This document shows, piece by piece, positions 35,082-46,390 of a stretch of DNA of 64,000 bases. Source of the DNA: Candidatus Hydrothermarchaeum profundi. GTDB lineage: Archaea > Hydrothermarchaeota > Hydrothermarchaeia > Hydrothermarchaeales > Hydrothermarchaeaceae. A model generated the notes under the pieces. It was not told the origin of the DNA. It saw only the letters and a list, made by a program, of their open reading frames with translations, and did no database searches. Position numbers and translations under genes: made by a program. The stretch is from contig MTMF02000009.1 in the NCBI GenBank assembly GCA_002011125.2, forward strand, positions 1,352,989 through 1,416,988, written 5' to 3'. How positions within the stretch are numbered: position 1 is the first letter of the stretch; every line of letters starts with the position of its first letter.

Positions 35082-37043
35082 TTAATTTACTACTAATAAG
35101 TGATACTTCCCCAACCTCCCAGTCAGCCTGCTATTTTCAAGTTTAACTTTGGAATCATATACCTTTTCACCATTTTCATCAAATTCTATAACCTTATCTC
35201 CCCCAAGCAAGTTAATGTCTATCTCTACCTCATATGGTGCAAAGAAGGCGGATCGTGTTTCTCCATTTGTAAAGTAGCCATATGAAGGTTTATTATAAAC
35301 AGCAGGTGATCCCCTGGTTTCGGCCATAATATTCGCTAGAAAGGTGGAAGCATCCAAATGTAAATACCCGCCATTCACAAAATAGACATTCCCATGCCTT
35401 AATATTAAAGCAGTTTTATCATCAAATTTTTTATCTCCATCTTTTGCGGTAAAACCTGATAAAAGAACATCTACGCTTTCGTCAAGCTCCTCTGGATTGA
35501 TGTAGTTAAGGTAGTGACCTACATTAAACGTTCCAGCATCATCTTTGTTCCAGAACTCAAAGCTATAGCCTCTATATTTAATTTTGTATTCTCCCAAGGG
35601 GAAAACTGCGAGCACAGATCTTGGGATAGGATCAAAAGAAGCAGCGCTGGAAATTGGAGTATATTTTCTTGAAATACCTAAGGCTAAGGTAACAATATTC
35701 CAATGTGGCATATCCGGGATTCCTCCAGCAACCTGATAAAAAACTGGCACATTGCTTTTTGAGAGAGCAGCTAACTGTAAGGGTAAATCCTGCATTTCAT
35801 CGAATATTTCGCCTGCCGAGAACACATAATATAATGAGGCATTTATTACGGGTTGTGCTGTAACTACAATATCATAACCAGATGCCAAAAGCGAATTTGT
35901 TACTGCACTCATAGAGGATAAAAAAGCTTGATTATAAAAATCTATAATATCCTCTCCTTTTTTAGGCTCGTCTATAATTAGATTAGCAACCGGTTTTAGT
36001 GGATCTGATTTTTTCCTACCAAACTCTTCGAGGAGGGGCAGTAAACGTTCTTTAAAGTTATAGTTTTCTACATATTCGACCTCTTCTCCATAAATAGGTC
36101 CTTCACCGCCTTCAGCCACTACAAAATAATATGTTCTTGGACCATATTGTACACTCCGGAAGAGGGCTATATTCTGATGAGTTCTCGGTCCTAGACCCCA
36201 GCCGCCTGCTGTTAGGGTTTGTGCCTCTATACCACATCCTTTTGCCGTAGCATACATTACGTTTAGGTTTCCAAGTTCGCCGTAATATGTTCCAAGTTTC
36301 CAGAGTTTTTGGAGATATGCTCGGTCCTTAGGGTCTTTTTCTGCATTTCTCGGGTAATAGGCGTAGTCTTCAGAAATAAAGACATCTGCTCTACATTTAA
36401 GATCCTCAAAAAAGTGCATATATCCTACACCATAAGTTTTAGAAGCCCTCGCAATAGAGTCAATATATTCTTCTTCAAAAGCTTCTTCGCTAATATAAAT
36501 GTCCACGTCTTCTTTTTTTGCAAGATTTGCGATATCTCTTATTAGATTTTCCACAAGTTTTGGTATAAGTTTCTCTTTCTTTATTTCCTCAGAATAAGGC
36601 ATCATGTCCCCTATTATATGTGCTATGCCCTCAATCATAAGCACGACGGTCATGTTATGCATTTTAGCCTCGCTTAGAATATCTGAGAGAAGATTTGGAT
36701 ACTCCGGGTCAAGTTTAAAGCCAGCTTCTCTGAGTGCGGGAGAGTCAAATATCATGTAACCCTCGAGGTCAAAGGGCGAAAAAGAAATTATATTTATTCC
36801 TTTTGCCGTTTGTTCATCAAACCATCCTTCTGCATCTCCGATGATGTATGGGTCGAGGTCTTCTAAGCCGAAGTTATATTCTGCGCCAAGTGAAATTAAG
36901 GGTCTTTCCGCGGGATAATTTGCATTAGTTTCATCTATTTCCTCGGCAGGGGGTTGGCTAATTGGACTTTCTCCAACACATCCGAGCATTAAAATTAAAA
37001 AAATACATGATAATACCAATAAGGAATGTCTCTTATATTTCAT
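35082..37043 (-). CDS. Large hypothetical lipoprotein (possible glycoside-hydrolase-like TIM barrel)
   Basis: Lipobox LMLG-C, P/E linker, acidic alpha/beta body; family not recognised. Confidence 0.65.
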   Translation of the reverse strand: MKYKRHSLLVLSCIFLILMLGCVGESPISQPPAEEIDETNANYPAERPLISLGAEYNFGLEDLDPYIIGDAEGWFDEQTAKGINIISFSPFDLEGYMIFDSPALREAGFKLDPEYPNLLSDILSEAKMHNMTVVLMIEGIAHIIGDMMPYSEEIKKEKLIPKLVENLIRDIANLAKKEDVDIYISEEAFEEEYIDSIARASKTYGVGYMHFFEDLKCRADVFISEDYAYYPRNAEKDPKDRAYLQKLWKLGTYYGELGNLNVMYATAKGCGIEAQTLTAGGWGLGPRTHQNIALFRSVQYGPRTYYFVVAEGGEGPIYGEEVEYVENYNFKERLLPLLEEFGRKKSDPLKPVANLIIDEPKKGEDIIDFYNQAFLSSMSAVTNSLLASGYDIVVTAQPVINASLYYVFSAGEIFDEMQDLPLQLAALSKSNVPVFYQVAGGIPDMPHWNIVTLALGISRKYTPISSAASFDPIPRSVLAVFPLGEYKIKYRGYSFEFWNKDDAGTFNVGHYLNYINPEELDESVDVLLSGFTAKDGDKKFDDKTALILRHGNVYFVNGGYLHLDASTFLANIMAETRGSPAVYNKPSYGYFTNGETRSAFFAPYEVEIDINLLGGDKVIEFDENGEKVYDSKVKLENSRLTGRLGKYHLLVVN

Positions 37044-37164
37044 CTCTTTCGTAATAATTGCTCATACTTTTTTTAACTTATTCCCTAAGCTACTAATAGA
37101 ACTTTGCATTCACAGTTCTAAAAATGATTAGAAAACGACATTAAAAATAAGAAAATGAAAGTAG

Positions 37165-37238
37165 TGGACCCGCCGGGATTTGAACCCGGGGCCTCTCGCA
37201 TGCCAAGCGAGCGATCTTCCAGGCTGAGCTACGGGCCC
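37165..37238 (-). tRNA. tRNA-Ala(GGC)
   Basis: Reverse complement GGGCCCG...CTCGC-TT-GGC-AT-GCGAG...CGGGTCC-A; G3:U70 identity pair present. Confidence 0.95.
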
Positions 37239-37250
37239 ATTTTTGAATTT

Positions 37251-38723
37251 TCACCGATTATTATTACTCAGTTCTCGGTCTACAAAGGATGGCAGTAGGA
37301 CCTGTTCGAATTTTTGGATTTCTACAGGATACTTTGCGGTTAAGCATCCCATGCATAAATCATTTTCTCGTAGTCCTATAGCTTCAGTTAACCCTTCTAT
37401 ACTTAAATATTTTAAGGAATCCGCACCAATTATCTTTCTAATAGCCTCAACATCTCTCCCAGAAGCGATTAGTTCCCTATCAGTGGGCATATCTATTCCT
37501 AGTTTACATAAAGATTTTATCGGCGGGCATCCCACTCTCATATGTACCTCCTTTGCACCAGCTTCCCTCAATAAGCTGATTATCCTTTTGGAAGTGGTTC
37601 CCCGTACTATGCTGTCATCAAAAATAATAATATTCTTCCCTTCGATTTCTGAGGCCATGGGATTCAGTTTTAGCCTAACCGCCAACTCTCTCGCTTGCTG
37701 ATGTGGCAGTATGAATGTCCTACCTACATATCTGTTCCTTATCAAACTTTCTCGATAAGGTATGCCTGAGGCATTTGAATAGCCGAGGGCAAAAGGAATT
37801 GCAGAGTCAGGTATTGGCGAAACGAAATCAGCATCTATATCGTCTTCCTCTGCGAGTATTCTACCGATCTTCTCCCTTACATCATATATGGGAATGCCAT
37901 TCAAAATAGAGTCTGGACGAGAGAAGTATACGTACTCAAACATGCAGTAAGCCTTTCTACTACGCTTAAACGCACGGATGCTTTTAATTTCCTCTCCATC
38001 TATTAAAGCTATCTCACCCGGTTTTATATCTCTCAAAATTCTTGCACCCAATACATCAAAGGAAACACTTTCTGAGGATATCATTATTAGGTCATCGTTT
38101 TTTCCGAGAGATAGAGGTCTTATTCCCAGAGGATCTCTAACTGCTATTAAATTATCGTCTGTTAGGATAACGAGGGAGTAGGATCCTACAAGCTTTTTCA
38201 TTACTTCTGTTATCGAATATACGATATCCTCAGACTTTACATATTCTCTAATTATCAGATGGGCGATTACTTCAGTATCTGAGGTTGATATAAATGCTTG
38301 CCCAGCTTTTTCGAGTTTTCTACGTAACTCCATAGAATTCACTATATTTCCGTTGTGGCATATCGCTAATGTTCCCATAGAGTGCCTAACGACAAAAGGC
38401 TGTGCATTCTCGATTCTAGACTCCCCCGTGGTAGAATACCTCACGTGCCCTATACCCACATAACCTTTAAGGCTTTCAAGAGTTTTAAGATCAAAAAATT
38501 CTGTGACAAGGCCCATGCCTTTTTCAGTGTGAAAAGACCCATCATAAGTTGTTATACCACATGATTCCTGACCCCGATGTTGTAAAGACAGCAGAGAATA
38601 AAAGAGATAAGGGGAAACATCCTGCTCAGAACGCGAATATACCCCCGCAACACCGCACTTATCTCTAGGTTTGATAAGGCGGTATGAAGACCTATCCTCA
38701 ATGATTTCTTTTGTTCCAGGCAT
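37251..38723 (-). CDS. purF: Amidophosphoribosyltransferase (start uncertain)
   Basis: KCGVAG mature N-terminal Cys, [42 protein letters not shown] Fe-S ligands. Confidence 0.95.
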   Translation of the reverse strand: MPGTKEIIEDRSSYRLIKPRDKCGVAGVYSRSEQDVSPYLFYSLLSLQHRGQESCGITTYDGSFHTEKGMGLVTEFFDLKTLESLKGYVGIGHVRYSTTGESRIENAQPFVVRHSMGTLAICHNGNIVNSMELRRKLEKAGQAFISTSDTEVIAHLIIREYVKSEDIVYSITEVMKKLVGSYSLVILTDDNLIAVRDPLGIRPLSLGKNDDLIMISSESVSFDVLGARILRDIKPGEIALIDGEEIKSIRAFKRSRKAYCMFEYVYFSRPDSILNGIPIYDVREKIGRILAEEDDIDADFVSPIPDSAIPFALGYSNASGIPYRESLIRNRYVGRTFILPHQQARELAVRLKLNPMASEIEGKNIIIFDDSIVRGTTSKRIISLLREAGAKEVHMRVGCPPIKSLCKLGIDMPTDRELIASGRDVEAIRKIIGADSLKYLSIEGLTEAIGLRENDLCMGCLTAKYPVEIQKFEQVLLPSFVDRELSNNNR

Positions 38724-38865
38724 ATTTACGCAACTTTTTGGTTCTTCCAAATCCGCAGGATGCACAATACCCATGTTTGGCGTGAAAAGAATTTTTCCCG
38801 CATCTTCTGCACCTTATATGTAGGCGCTTATTCCTTTTTCCTTTTGAAGGTGTTCCTTTTGACAT
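38698..38865 (-). CDS. rpl37e: 50S ribosomal protein L37e
   Basis: [11 protein letters not shown]...HIRCRRCG...CASCGFG. Confidence 0.96.
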   Translation of the reverse strand: MSKGTPSKGKRNKRLHIRCRRCGKNSFHAKHGYCASCGFGRTKKLRKYAWNKRNH

Positions 38866-38982
38866 TATATCACCGCCAGATTTTGACGAAGGCAAGAATT
38901 TTCATTGTGGGTATTTAAGGTTTGTGGAACCGATTAGCATATTATGAAAAAATATAAATTAAATTTGTGTAAAAATAATAAT

Positions 38983-39515
<533 letters not shown>

Positions 39516-39568
39516 TTAGAGTAGGAATTCTTCTAAGTCGGAAATGTATTTAAATCTGTCGGTAGGAT

Positions 39569-40066
39569 GTGAGTCGTAGGATGAAGATAAAAAAACGGTA
39601 TTTTGCTCGAAAAGATATGATTAATAAAATCCAATCAAATTTAGAGGGAATTTCTACTGAATTCTCAAAATTAATCCAAAGAGGCATCGAGGTAGTTGAA
39701 ACAGATGTAGGGGTTACTCTAATTTTATACGCAGGAGAGCCCGTAATTTTTAAAATTGAAGGGCGATTTTTTCCAACTGTTAAAGGAGCTTTAAAAATTA
39801 ATATAGAGCATATGTATGTGACAGTTGATAAAGGCGCGGTACCCTATATAATAAATGGAGCAGATATAATGCGCCCCGGCGTAGTTGACTTTGATAAAAA
39901 TATAAGGAAAGGGGACCTTGTTGTGATCAATGAAGAAAATTATAGAAAGCCTCTGGCAATAGGTAAATCTCTCTGGGACGCTGAAGAATTTAGCTTAAAA
40001 GATAAGGGGAAATGTGTAGAGAATCTTCATTACATAGGTGATTCTATTTGGAATCTAGAATTGTGA
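39569..40066 (+). CDS. PUA-domain RNA-binding protein (MCT-1/Tma20-like)
   Basis: FPTV, VTVDKGAVPYIINGADIMRPGV, KGK.VENLHYIGD.IW. Confidence 0.9.
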   Translation: MSRRMKIKKRYFARKDMINKIQSNLEGISTEFSKLIQRGIEVVETDVGVTLILYAGEPVIFKIEGRFFPTVKGALKINIEHMYVTVDKGAVPYIINGADIMRPGVVDFDKNIRKGDLVVINEENYRKPLAIGKSLWDAEEFSLKDKGKCVENLHYIGDSIWNLEL

Positions 40067-40163
40067 GCGCCTTTTATTTCCCCTCAGTCCTCTGTTGCTA
40101 TTTGTAGAAAAGTATAAAAATGCATAAACTAGAAATGTAGTAAGAAAATAAGGAGGATTGCTC

Positions 40164-40595
40164 ATGGGAATCAAAGATTGGTTTGGAAAATTATCAGGTA
40201 GCAGCACTCCGAAGGAGCCAGAAGAAGTGGGAGATGATTATGCAGAGCTGGAAATACCAGAAGGAGCGGCTCAATTTGAGATTCCTGCTAGATATGTTAA
40301 AGTTTTCAAACTCAAGGGTTTTGCAGATATAGATGTTGCTGCGAGAGAGTTAAGCGAGGGTAATATAGTGATAATGGACATAAAGCCGTTAGCAGAACGC
40401 AGTATGAATGAACTCAGACACGCGGTAGATGAAATGAAGGATATTTGTATTTCTATGGGCGGGGATATAGCCGGGCTTAGTGAGTATCATTTGATCCTTA
40501 CACCACCAAATGTTAAAATTGAACGAGCTTCAGAATCAAAATCTGAGGATTTCGAAGAGACGATGGAGAGAGTAAGAAGGAAAACAGCAACTTAA
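40164..40595 (+). CDS. sepF: Cell division protein SepF
   Basis: EL.EGNIVIMDI.PL...L...V..MK......GGDIAGL....LILTPP.VKI. Confidence 0.85.
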   Translation: MGIKDWFGKLSGSSTPKEPEEVGDDYAELEIPEGAAQFEIPARYVKVFKLKGFADIDVAARELSEGNIVIMDIKPLAERSMNELRHAVDEMKDICISMGGDIAGLSEYHLILTPPNVKIERASESKSEDFEETMERVRRKTAT

Positions 40596-40659
40596 ATCTA
40601 ATTTTTGAGAACTATCCTAGAAATTCTCTAACTAGTAGTCATTTTTGGAGAAGTAATAG

Positions 40660-41154
40660 ATGAAATTTCGTCCTTTAAACAATTTAGAAAGAGAAGTAAT
40701 TAGAAAGGCAGGCAAAGACTACGGACTAAATGTGGATACTGCTCTGAAAGGAAAGAAGCTTATTATTTCTTCCGGTAGAAAAGAAGTATTTGCCACTAAC
40801 AAGTTGACTGTTAAGATTATTGAAAAAATGAATAAAGAGCCATATTGTGCTGGACTTTTCATAGGGGAAATAAGGAAGAATAGATTTGAGCTTAGTTTGG
40901 AAGGAGCTTATCTATTCGCTCCTTTTGCAAATAAGAAGATAATTATAGATGATAAAGCCGAACAGTTAGTTTTATATGGTAGAGATGTTTTTTCTAACTC
41001 AATCGTTTCGTCTCCTAAGCTAAAGGAAGGTGAAAGGTGTATAATTCTCAATAAGTTTGGAGACGCATTGGCGATTGGCGAGGTAAAGGGAGGAACTCAA
41101 GTCTCTATTAGAAATATCAAAGACCGTGGATGGTATCTGCGAAGGGGAAGATAA
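40660..41154 (+). CDS. NIP7-like PUA-domain protein (ribosome biogenesis)
   Basis: PY.AGLFIG, FELSLEG, AEQLVLYGRDVF, KDRGWYLRRG. Confidence 0.85.
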   Translation: MKFRPLNNLEREVIRKAGKDYGLNVDTALKGKKLIISSGRKEVFATNKLTVKIIEKMNKEPYCAGLFIGEIRKNRFELSLEGAYLFAPFANKKIIIDDKAEQLVLYGRDVFSNSIVSSPKLKEGERCIILNKFGDALAIGEVKGGTQVSIRNIKDRGWYLRRGR

Positions 41155-41155
41155 A

Positions 41156-41896
41156 ATGGTATTGGAAAAAGGTGACTTCGTTAGAATAAATTACACAGGT
41201 AAAATTAAAGAAAGTGGGAAAGTATTCGATACTACGCTAGAAGAGGTAGCAAAAGAGCATGGGATATATGAGGAAAAAATAAGCTTCAAGGCGGTTCCCA
41301 TAGTCATAGGAGCAGGCCATGTTATAAAGGGCTTAGACGAGGCCCTGGTTGGAGCGGAGGTTGGGGAAAGAAAGGTTGTAGTGATTCCACCAGAAAAAGG
41401 TTACGGCCTCAGGGATCCTAAGCTTATTAAGGTTATTCCATTAAAAGACTTTAAAAAGCAAGGCTTAAAGCCCTATCCGGGGATGAGGGTGGAAACTGAA
41501 GGGAAAGTCGGCAAAGTTCAAAGCGTTAGTGGAGGTAGGGTGAGAGTAGATTTTAATTATGAGTTGGCAGGAAAAGTATTAGAATACGAGGTTACGGTAG
41601 AGGAAAAGGTAAACAAAACAGAAGAGAAAGTGAGACTTTTATTGGAATACCATTTCCCTTACGCTGATCCTAATGAGCATGAAATAAATCTTGATGGTAA
41701 AAAAGCCACGATTACATTGGCTGAAAACGTAAAATACCGTAATGAAGCATTAATTGGAAAACATTCTCTTGTGAGAGATATATTTAGATATATAGATGGG
41801 ATTGAAGAAGTTGATTTCTTAGAGGTATTTAAAAAACAGAAAGAAGAGAAACCCGGAAAAGAGGACTCTGATACTAAAGAAGCCTCTTCAGACTGA
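41156..41896 (+). CDS. slyD: Long-type FKBP peptidyl-prolyl isomerase (SlyD-like)
   Basis: GDFVRINYTG, FDTT, VIKGLDEAL, PPEKGYG.RD, RVRVDFN..LAGK.L. Confidence 0.9.
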   Translation: MVLEKGDFVRINYTGKIKESGKVFDTTLEEVAKEHGIYEEKISFKAVPIVIGAGHVIKGLDEALVGAEVGERKVVVIPPEKGYGLRDPKLIKVIPLKDFKKQGLKPYPGMRVETEGKVGKVQSVSGGRVRVDFNYELAGKVLEYEVTVEEKVNKTEEKVRLLLEYHFPYADPNEHEINLDGKKATITLAENVKYRNEALIGKHSLVRDIFRYIDGIEEVDFLEVFKKQKEEKPGKEDSDTKEASSD

Positions 41897-42302
41897 CTAA
41901 TGTGATTTTATTTCCCTTCTTACATTCCAGAGTATCTCTAACATCGGTTATTCTACATTTATCGCCGTCTTTTAGTCCTTCAGGGGCGCAATAAGTATAG
42001 TTCTCACAAAATATTTCTTCACAATCAGTGGGATGGAAATCAAGTTTAGCTCCAGTAAAGGCTTGTTTTTCATTTATAGCACAGAGGACATCACCCTCCA
42101 CTACCTGTGCCACTTTAACTTTTCCATATAGAGGGCATTTATGTTCTATCTCTTTTACTTCTTCAACTCTATATTTCCTACCTTTTTCAAGATTTTCAGT
42201 GCAAGCTTTCAATAGCCTACATTTACTGCATTCGTCAGCTACTCCAAGGTAGATAAATTCGTATCCTTTCTTTGCGGACTTAGAGTCAATCAAGGTAATC
42301 AT
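41874..42302 (-). CDS. UPF0179 family protein
   Basis: MITLI...AK.G.EF.Y.G...EC..C.L...C..NLE.GR.Y; adjacent to egsA. Confidence 0.85.
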   Translation of the reverse strand: MITLIDSKSAKKGYEFIYLGVADECSKCRLLKACTENLEKGRKYRVEEVKEIEHKCPLYGKVKVAQVVEGDVLCAINEKQAFTGAKLDFHPTDCEEIFCENYTYCAPEGLKDGDKCRITDVRDTLECKKGNKITLVSLKRLL

Positions 42303-43345
42303 ATTACCTCCGTATTTTTTGCCAAAGTAATGGCAGACTCTCTATCTAACGGTTTATGTTCAAGTATAGTGTAACGATGAGGCCTTATCTCTCTTGCCTT
42401 TAATAAAGCTTCTACGATATACTTTTCTCTTATTCCTAGTTCTTTGGAGTTTACTGGGGCACCTAGAGTGCTCAGGGTTTTTCTTATCTTCTCCCAATTT
42501 CCTTCATGAAGATACATCATCATTATTGCGCCAACTCCGCATTGTTCCCCATGAAGAGCGGGTGATGGCGCTATCATATCTAGGGCATGGCTAAATTTAT
42601 GTTCTGAGCCACTCCCCGGCCTAGATGATCCTGCTATACTCATTGCAACTCCTGAAGAAATGAGGGCCGTTACGACTTTTTTGATACTATCATCACTTCT
42701 ATTCTTAATTTTACGGCTGTTTTTCATTATTATTTTGGCCGTCATATTAGATAGGGAAATAGCGTATTCGCTAATTTCCTCTCCTGTGATTTTATGGGCA
42801 AGTTCCCAATCTTTTATTGCGGTGTATTTTGATATAAGGTCACCACAGCCGCTTGCTAAGAGCCTATAAGGGGATTTTCTTATTATCGCTATGTCAGCTA
42901 TGACTGCTATTGGAGCATGAGCCTCAAGAGAAACAGACCCACTCTCACTTTTAATCGATGCTCTAGAGGAGGCTATCCCATCGTGAGAGGCTGCTGTAGG
43001 AACGCTGATAAATTCTCTGTGGCACTGTTTTGAAGCAAGCTTTGCAACATCAATGACTTTACCCCCACCTACTCCGATTATGAAATCTATGTTCTCCTTT
43101 ATAATAATTTGTTCGACTATTTTGACCTCTCTCACAGTTGCATTGTCAATTATATGACTCCTTAATTCGTGGCTTGCTTGTAGAAGTGATACTACTTCTT
43201 TACCTGCTATTTCATAAGTGATAGGATCTGAGATCACTAAGGCTCTCTCATTTAGTTTTAGTTCTGTACAAACAGATCCGATTTTGTCAATAGCACCCTT
43301 TTCAACCAGCACTATTCTAGGTAGTTGCATCATTTTAGAATTCAT
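42299..43345 (-). CDS. egsA: Glycerol-1-phosphate dehydrogenase [NAD(P)+]
   Basis: GVGGGKVIDVAK, VPTAASHDGIAS, SSRPGSGSEHKFSHALD, LHGEQCG. Start at ATG 43345. Confidence 0.95.
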   Translation of the reverse strand: MNSKMMQLPRIVLVEKGAIDKIGSVCTELKLNERALVISDPITYEIAGKEVVSLLQASHELRSHIIDNATVREVKIVEQIIIKENIDFIIGVGGGKVIDVAKLASKQCHREFISVPTAASHDGIASSRASIKSESGSVSLEAHAPIAVIADIAIIRKSPYRLLASGCGDLISKYTAIKDWELAHKITGEEISEYAISLSNMTAKIIMKNSRKIKNRSDDSIKKVVTALISSGVAMSIAGSSRPGSGSEHKFSHALDMIAPSPALHGEQCGVGAIMMMYLHEGNWEKIRKTLSTLGAPVNSKELGIREKYIVEALLKAREIRPHRYTILEHKPLDRESAITLAKNTEVI

Positions 43346-43397
43346 CGATGAAAGTTTCTCCACAAAGTTTATTAAGTTTCCTTTTAATTCCGCTCTT

Positions 43398-44189
43398 ATG
43401 GCGGAATACACGGTTCAAGACTATGTAATATACTTGGGAATTCTTTTGCTTATCTTATGGGGATTTTCACGGTTCATATTCAAAAGGATAGAATTCGATA
43501 ATAGATTTTTATGGGCTGCCGCCCCTTACATAGTCTTTGGCGTTACATTAAGGATGCTTGCAGATGTAGGGATGTATGAAAGAAACCAGCTGTGGAATAT
43601 CACTCCCGGAGTTTATATCACTTCAATAACTCTTGGGCTAATTGCCATTGCTATTGGACTCGTGATCGAAACACGCTTTAAGATAGAGTATTGGTATACC
43701 CCCTTACTAATTGGGATTTTTGCTGCATTGTTCACCTCTTATAATCTCTCAAAGTTTATTGTAAGAGGAGAAAGAATATTATATCCATTCATTTTGGCAT
43801 TTGGTATAACGCTTGCTATTTACCTTTTGTCTTCCTTTACTAATCAAACAAGAGTTTTTAGAAAGTTAGATAATGTTGCTATCATCTACGCTCATCTCCT
43901 TGATGGGTCTGCAACTTTTTTAGGCATTGATTTTTATCATTTTTCGGAGGAACATCTTTTACCAGATATTTTCATAAAGACTACAGGAACAGCGTTTATA
44001 ATGATCCCTTTAAAAATACTAGTGGCTCTACTTGCAATCTATTTTTTAGAAAAGTGGTATCGGGATGAAAAATTAAAAGGAAACGTGAGGGGGGCTTCTC
44101 AGCAATATAAAATTTTTAAATTCTTATTTTTTATACTGGGGATAGGTCCAGGACTTAGAGACGCTATTCTACCAGCGACAATAGTTTAA
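43398..44189 (+). CDS. DUF63 family membrane protein
   Basis: PYIVFG..LR.LAD, ITPGVY, AHLLDGSAT..GID...F.EEH.LP, LGIGPGLRD. Start at ATG 43398. Confidence 0.85.
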   Translation: MAEYTVQDYVIYLGILLLILWGFSRFIFKRIEFDNRFLWAAAPYIVFGVTLRMLADVGMYERNQLWNITPGVYITSITLGLIAIAIGLVIETRFKIEYWYTPLLIGIFAALFTSYNLSKFIVRGERILYPFILAFGITLAIYLLSSFTNQTRVFRKLDNVAIIYAHLLDGSATFLGIDFYHFSEEHLLPDIFIKTTGTAFIMIPLKILVALLAIYFLEKWYRDEKLKGNVRGASQQYKIFKFLFFILGIGPGLRDAILPATIV

Positions 44190-44202
44190 AAAAAGAAAGA
44201 GT

Positions 44203-44706
44203 TTATTTTATTTTTACCTTCTTGGCTTTGTACTCTGGTTTGGGCTCAAGTTTCGGTAGAGTTATTGTAAGTATCCCCTCCTTAAGTTCGGCTTCTACAT
44301 CGTCTGTCTTTAGTTCTTCGGGTAGCTCGATGCTTCGGTAATATCTCCTACTAGACAGCTCTCTCCGAATCCAGTTTTTACCTTCTTCATCTTTACTTTC
44401 ACTATGCTCAGCAGAGATCTCTAGGCTATAAGGCGTCACTTTGATGTCTATGTCCTCTTTAGGAATCCCTGGCAACTCTACTTTTACTTCATACTTGTCT
44501 CCCACGTCAGCGATATCCATAGCCGGTACTCTAGTAGAGTCGGCTGATTCTATACCCACGTTAAAAGGTCTAAGCAACTCGTCAACGCTTCTCCTAAACT
44601 CTTTGAATAATCGGTCAAACTCGTTCCACAAGCTTAATGACTCTCGCATCATTATGTTGCCTCCTATTTCTCGGGGTATAATGTTGGTATCTTTTTTTCT
44701 AAACAT
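44203..44706 (-). CDS. Small heat-shock protein (Hsp20/alpha-crystallin)
   Basis: PAMDI.D....YEV.VELPGI.KEDI, R.IELPE, AELKEGILTITLPK. Confidence 0.94.
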   Translation of the reverse strand: MFRKKDTNIIPREIGGNIMMRESLSLWNEFDRLFKEFRRSVDELLRPFNVGIESADSTRVPAMDIADVGDKYEVKVELPGIPKEDIDIKVTPYSLEISAEHSESKDEEGKNWIRRELSSRRYYRSIELPEELKTDDVEAELKEGILTITLPKLEPKPEYKAKKVKIK

Positions 44707-44769
44707 AAGACACCACCTCCTTTTTCTTACTTTCTGTTATTTTAATAATCAGTTAACACCTTCAAATAT

Positions 44770-44792
44770 TTTAGTAACATTTTGTAATAAAA
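44770..44792. promoter_or_regulatory. Phr-type heat-shock repressor operator in the hsp20 promoter
   Basis: TTTAGTAACATTTTGTAATAAAA matches TTTnnTnACn5GTnAnnAAA at every specified position; just downstream of minus-strand ATAAATAT (44793-44800). Confidence 0.7.
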
Positions 44793-44920
44793 ATATTTAT
44801 GGTAGTAAAAGCTAATTAAGACAACTAATCGCTAAACCTATAATTAAACTAAAAATTTGAGAATTTTACCATTTAGTTAACAACAACTTTTTATACTTAC
44901 TACCGTTAACAGGGGTTTCC

Positions 44921-46333
44921 ATGAGAGAGAAAATGAATAGGAACTTCAGCGAGTGGTACAACGATATAATTGAAAAAGCAGAGATATTAGATATCCGGTA
45001 TCCTGTTAAAGGGCTTTATGTCTGGTTCCCTTATGGTTTCAAAGTTAGGAAATACGTGTTAGACGTGATTAGGGAGCTATTAGACAAGACAGGTCATCAA
45101 GAAGCATTGTTTCCACTACTAATACCCGAACATGAGTTTGCAAAAGAAGCCCAGCATATAAAAGGATTTGAGGATGAAGTCTTTTGGGTTACTCATGGGG
45201 GTAGGGAGCCTCTAAATGTCAAGCTGGCTTTGAGACCCACATCTGAGACAGCTATTTATCCTATGTTTTTAGTTTGGGTTCGGTCACACGCAGACCTTCC
45301 TATAAAAATCTACCAGATTGTAAATGTTTTTAGATATGAAACAAAACATACCCGTCCTCTAATTAGGCTGAGGGAAATAACAACTTTCAAAGAGGCTCAT
45401 ACTGTACATGAAAGTATGGAGAGTGCAGAGGCACAGATTGAGGAAGCTATTCAAATTTACAAGAATTTTTTTGATGAACTTGGTGTACCTTATTCAGTCA
45501 TTAGAAGGCCGGATTGGGATAAATTTCCCGGCGCTGTGTATACGATGGCATTTGATACTATTTTTCCGGATGGGAGAACCCTGCAAATCGGAACGGTGCA
45601 TAATTTAGGTCAAAACTTTGCAAAGACTTTTAACATAAAATTCGAGGACTCTGAGGGTAACCAGCAGTATGCTTATCAAACCTGTTATGGAATCTCAGAT
45701 AGAGTAATAGCCGCGTTATTAGTAACGCATGGTGATGATCATGGTCTCTGTATTCCACCAAAAGTAGCGCCTATCCAGTGTGTTATAATACCTATATGGT
45801 ATAAAAACAAGAAAGATGAAGTGGATAGAGAAGTCGTTAAATTAAAGGAAGAGCTGAAAGACCTACGAGTTCATGTAGATGACAGAGATATAAGGCCTGG
45901 AAGCAAGTATTTTGACTGGGAGATTAAAGGAGTACCTCTTAGAATAGAGCTGGGTCCAAAAGACATTGAAGAAGGAAAAGTAACCGTAGTAAGGAGAGAT
46001 ACCATGGAGAGAACCACGATTTCCCGGGAGAATGTTAAAGAAAGTGTAAAGAGGATACTAGCTAGTATAACCGATAACTTAAAAGCAAGGGCGTGGGACG
46101 AATTTAAGAAAAAAATATATGAAGCTACTTCTTTAGAAAACGCGAGGAAGATCATAAAAGAGGGTAGGGGAGTTGTGCGGTTGGGTTGGTGCGGCGATGA
46201 AGCGTGTGGAAAGATTATCGAAGATGAGATAGATGCAGATTTTCTCGGGATAGTGGACGAAAAAAAAGATGGGGTTTGTCTAGGATGTGGCAGAACTTCT
46301 AGAAATATGATTCAGGTGGGAAGAAGTTATTAA
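44921..46333 (+). CDS. proS: Prolyl-tRNA synthetase (archaeal/eukaryotic type)
   Basis: [45 protein letters not shown]-terminal Zn site. Confidence 0.97.
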   Translation: MREKMNRNFSEWYNDIIEKAEILDIRYPVKGLYVWFPYGFKVRKYVLDVIRELLDKTGHQEALFPLLIPEHEFAKEAQHIKGFEDEVFWVTHGGREPLNVKLALRPTSETAIYPMFLVWVRSHADLPIKIYQIVNVFRYETKHTRPLIRLREITTFKEAHTVHESMESAEAQIEEAIQIYKNFFDELGVPYSVIRRPDWDKFPGAVYTMAFDTIFPDGRTLQIGTVHNLGQNFAKTFNIKFEDSEGNQQYAYQTCYGISDRVIAALLVTHGDDHGLCIPPKVAPIQCVIIPIWYKNKKDEVDREVVKLKEELKDLRVHVDDRDIRPGSKYFDWEIKGVPLRIELGPKDIEEGKVTVVRRDTMERTTISRENVKESVKRILASITDNLKARAWDEFKKKIYEATSLENARKIIKEGRGVVRLGWCGDEACGKIIEDEIDADFLGIVDEKKDGVCLGCGRTSRNMIQVGRSY

Positions 46334-46390
46334 ATTTGAATCAACAGATATCTTTTTATAGTAATTTCTTGTTAAAGATGGAGGAGTTGA

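Noticed and set aside
37214-37229. C11-U24 mismatch in the tRNA-Ala D-stem
   Set aside because: Single mismatch with all other features intact; not enough to claim editing or a pseudogene.
38650-38774. purF N-terminal extension overlapping rpl37e
   Set aside because: The start is ambiguous and the propeptide before the catalytic Cys is removed anyway; an annotation uncertainty rather than a finding.
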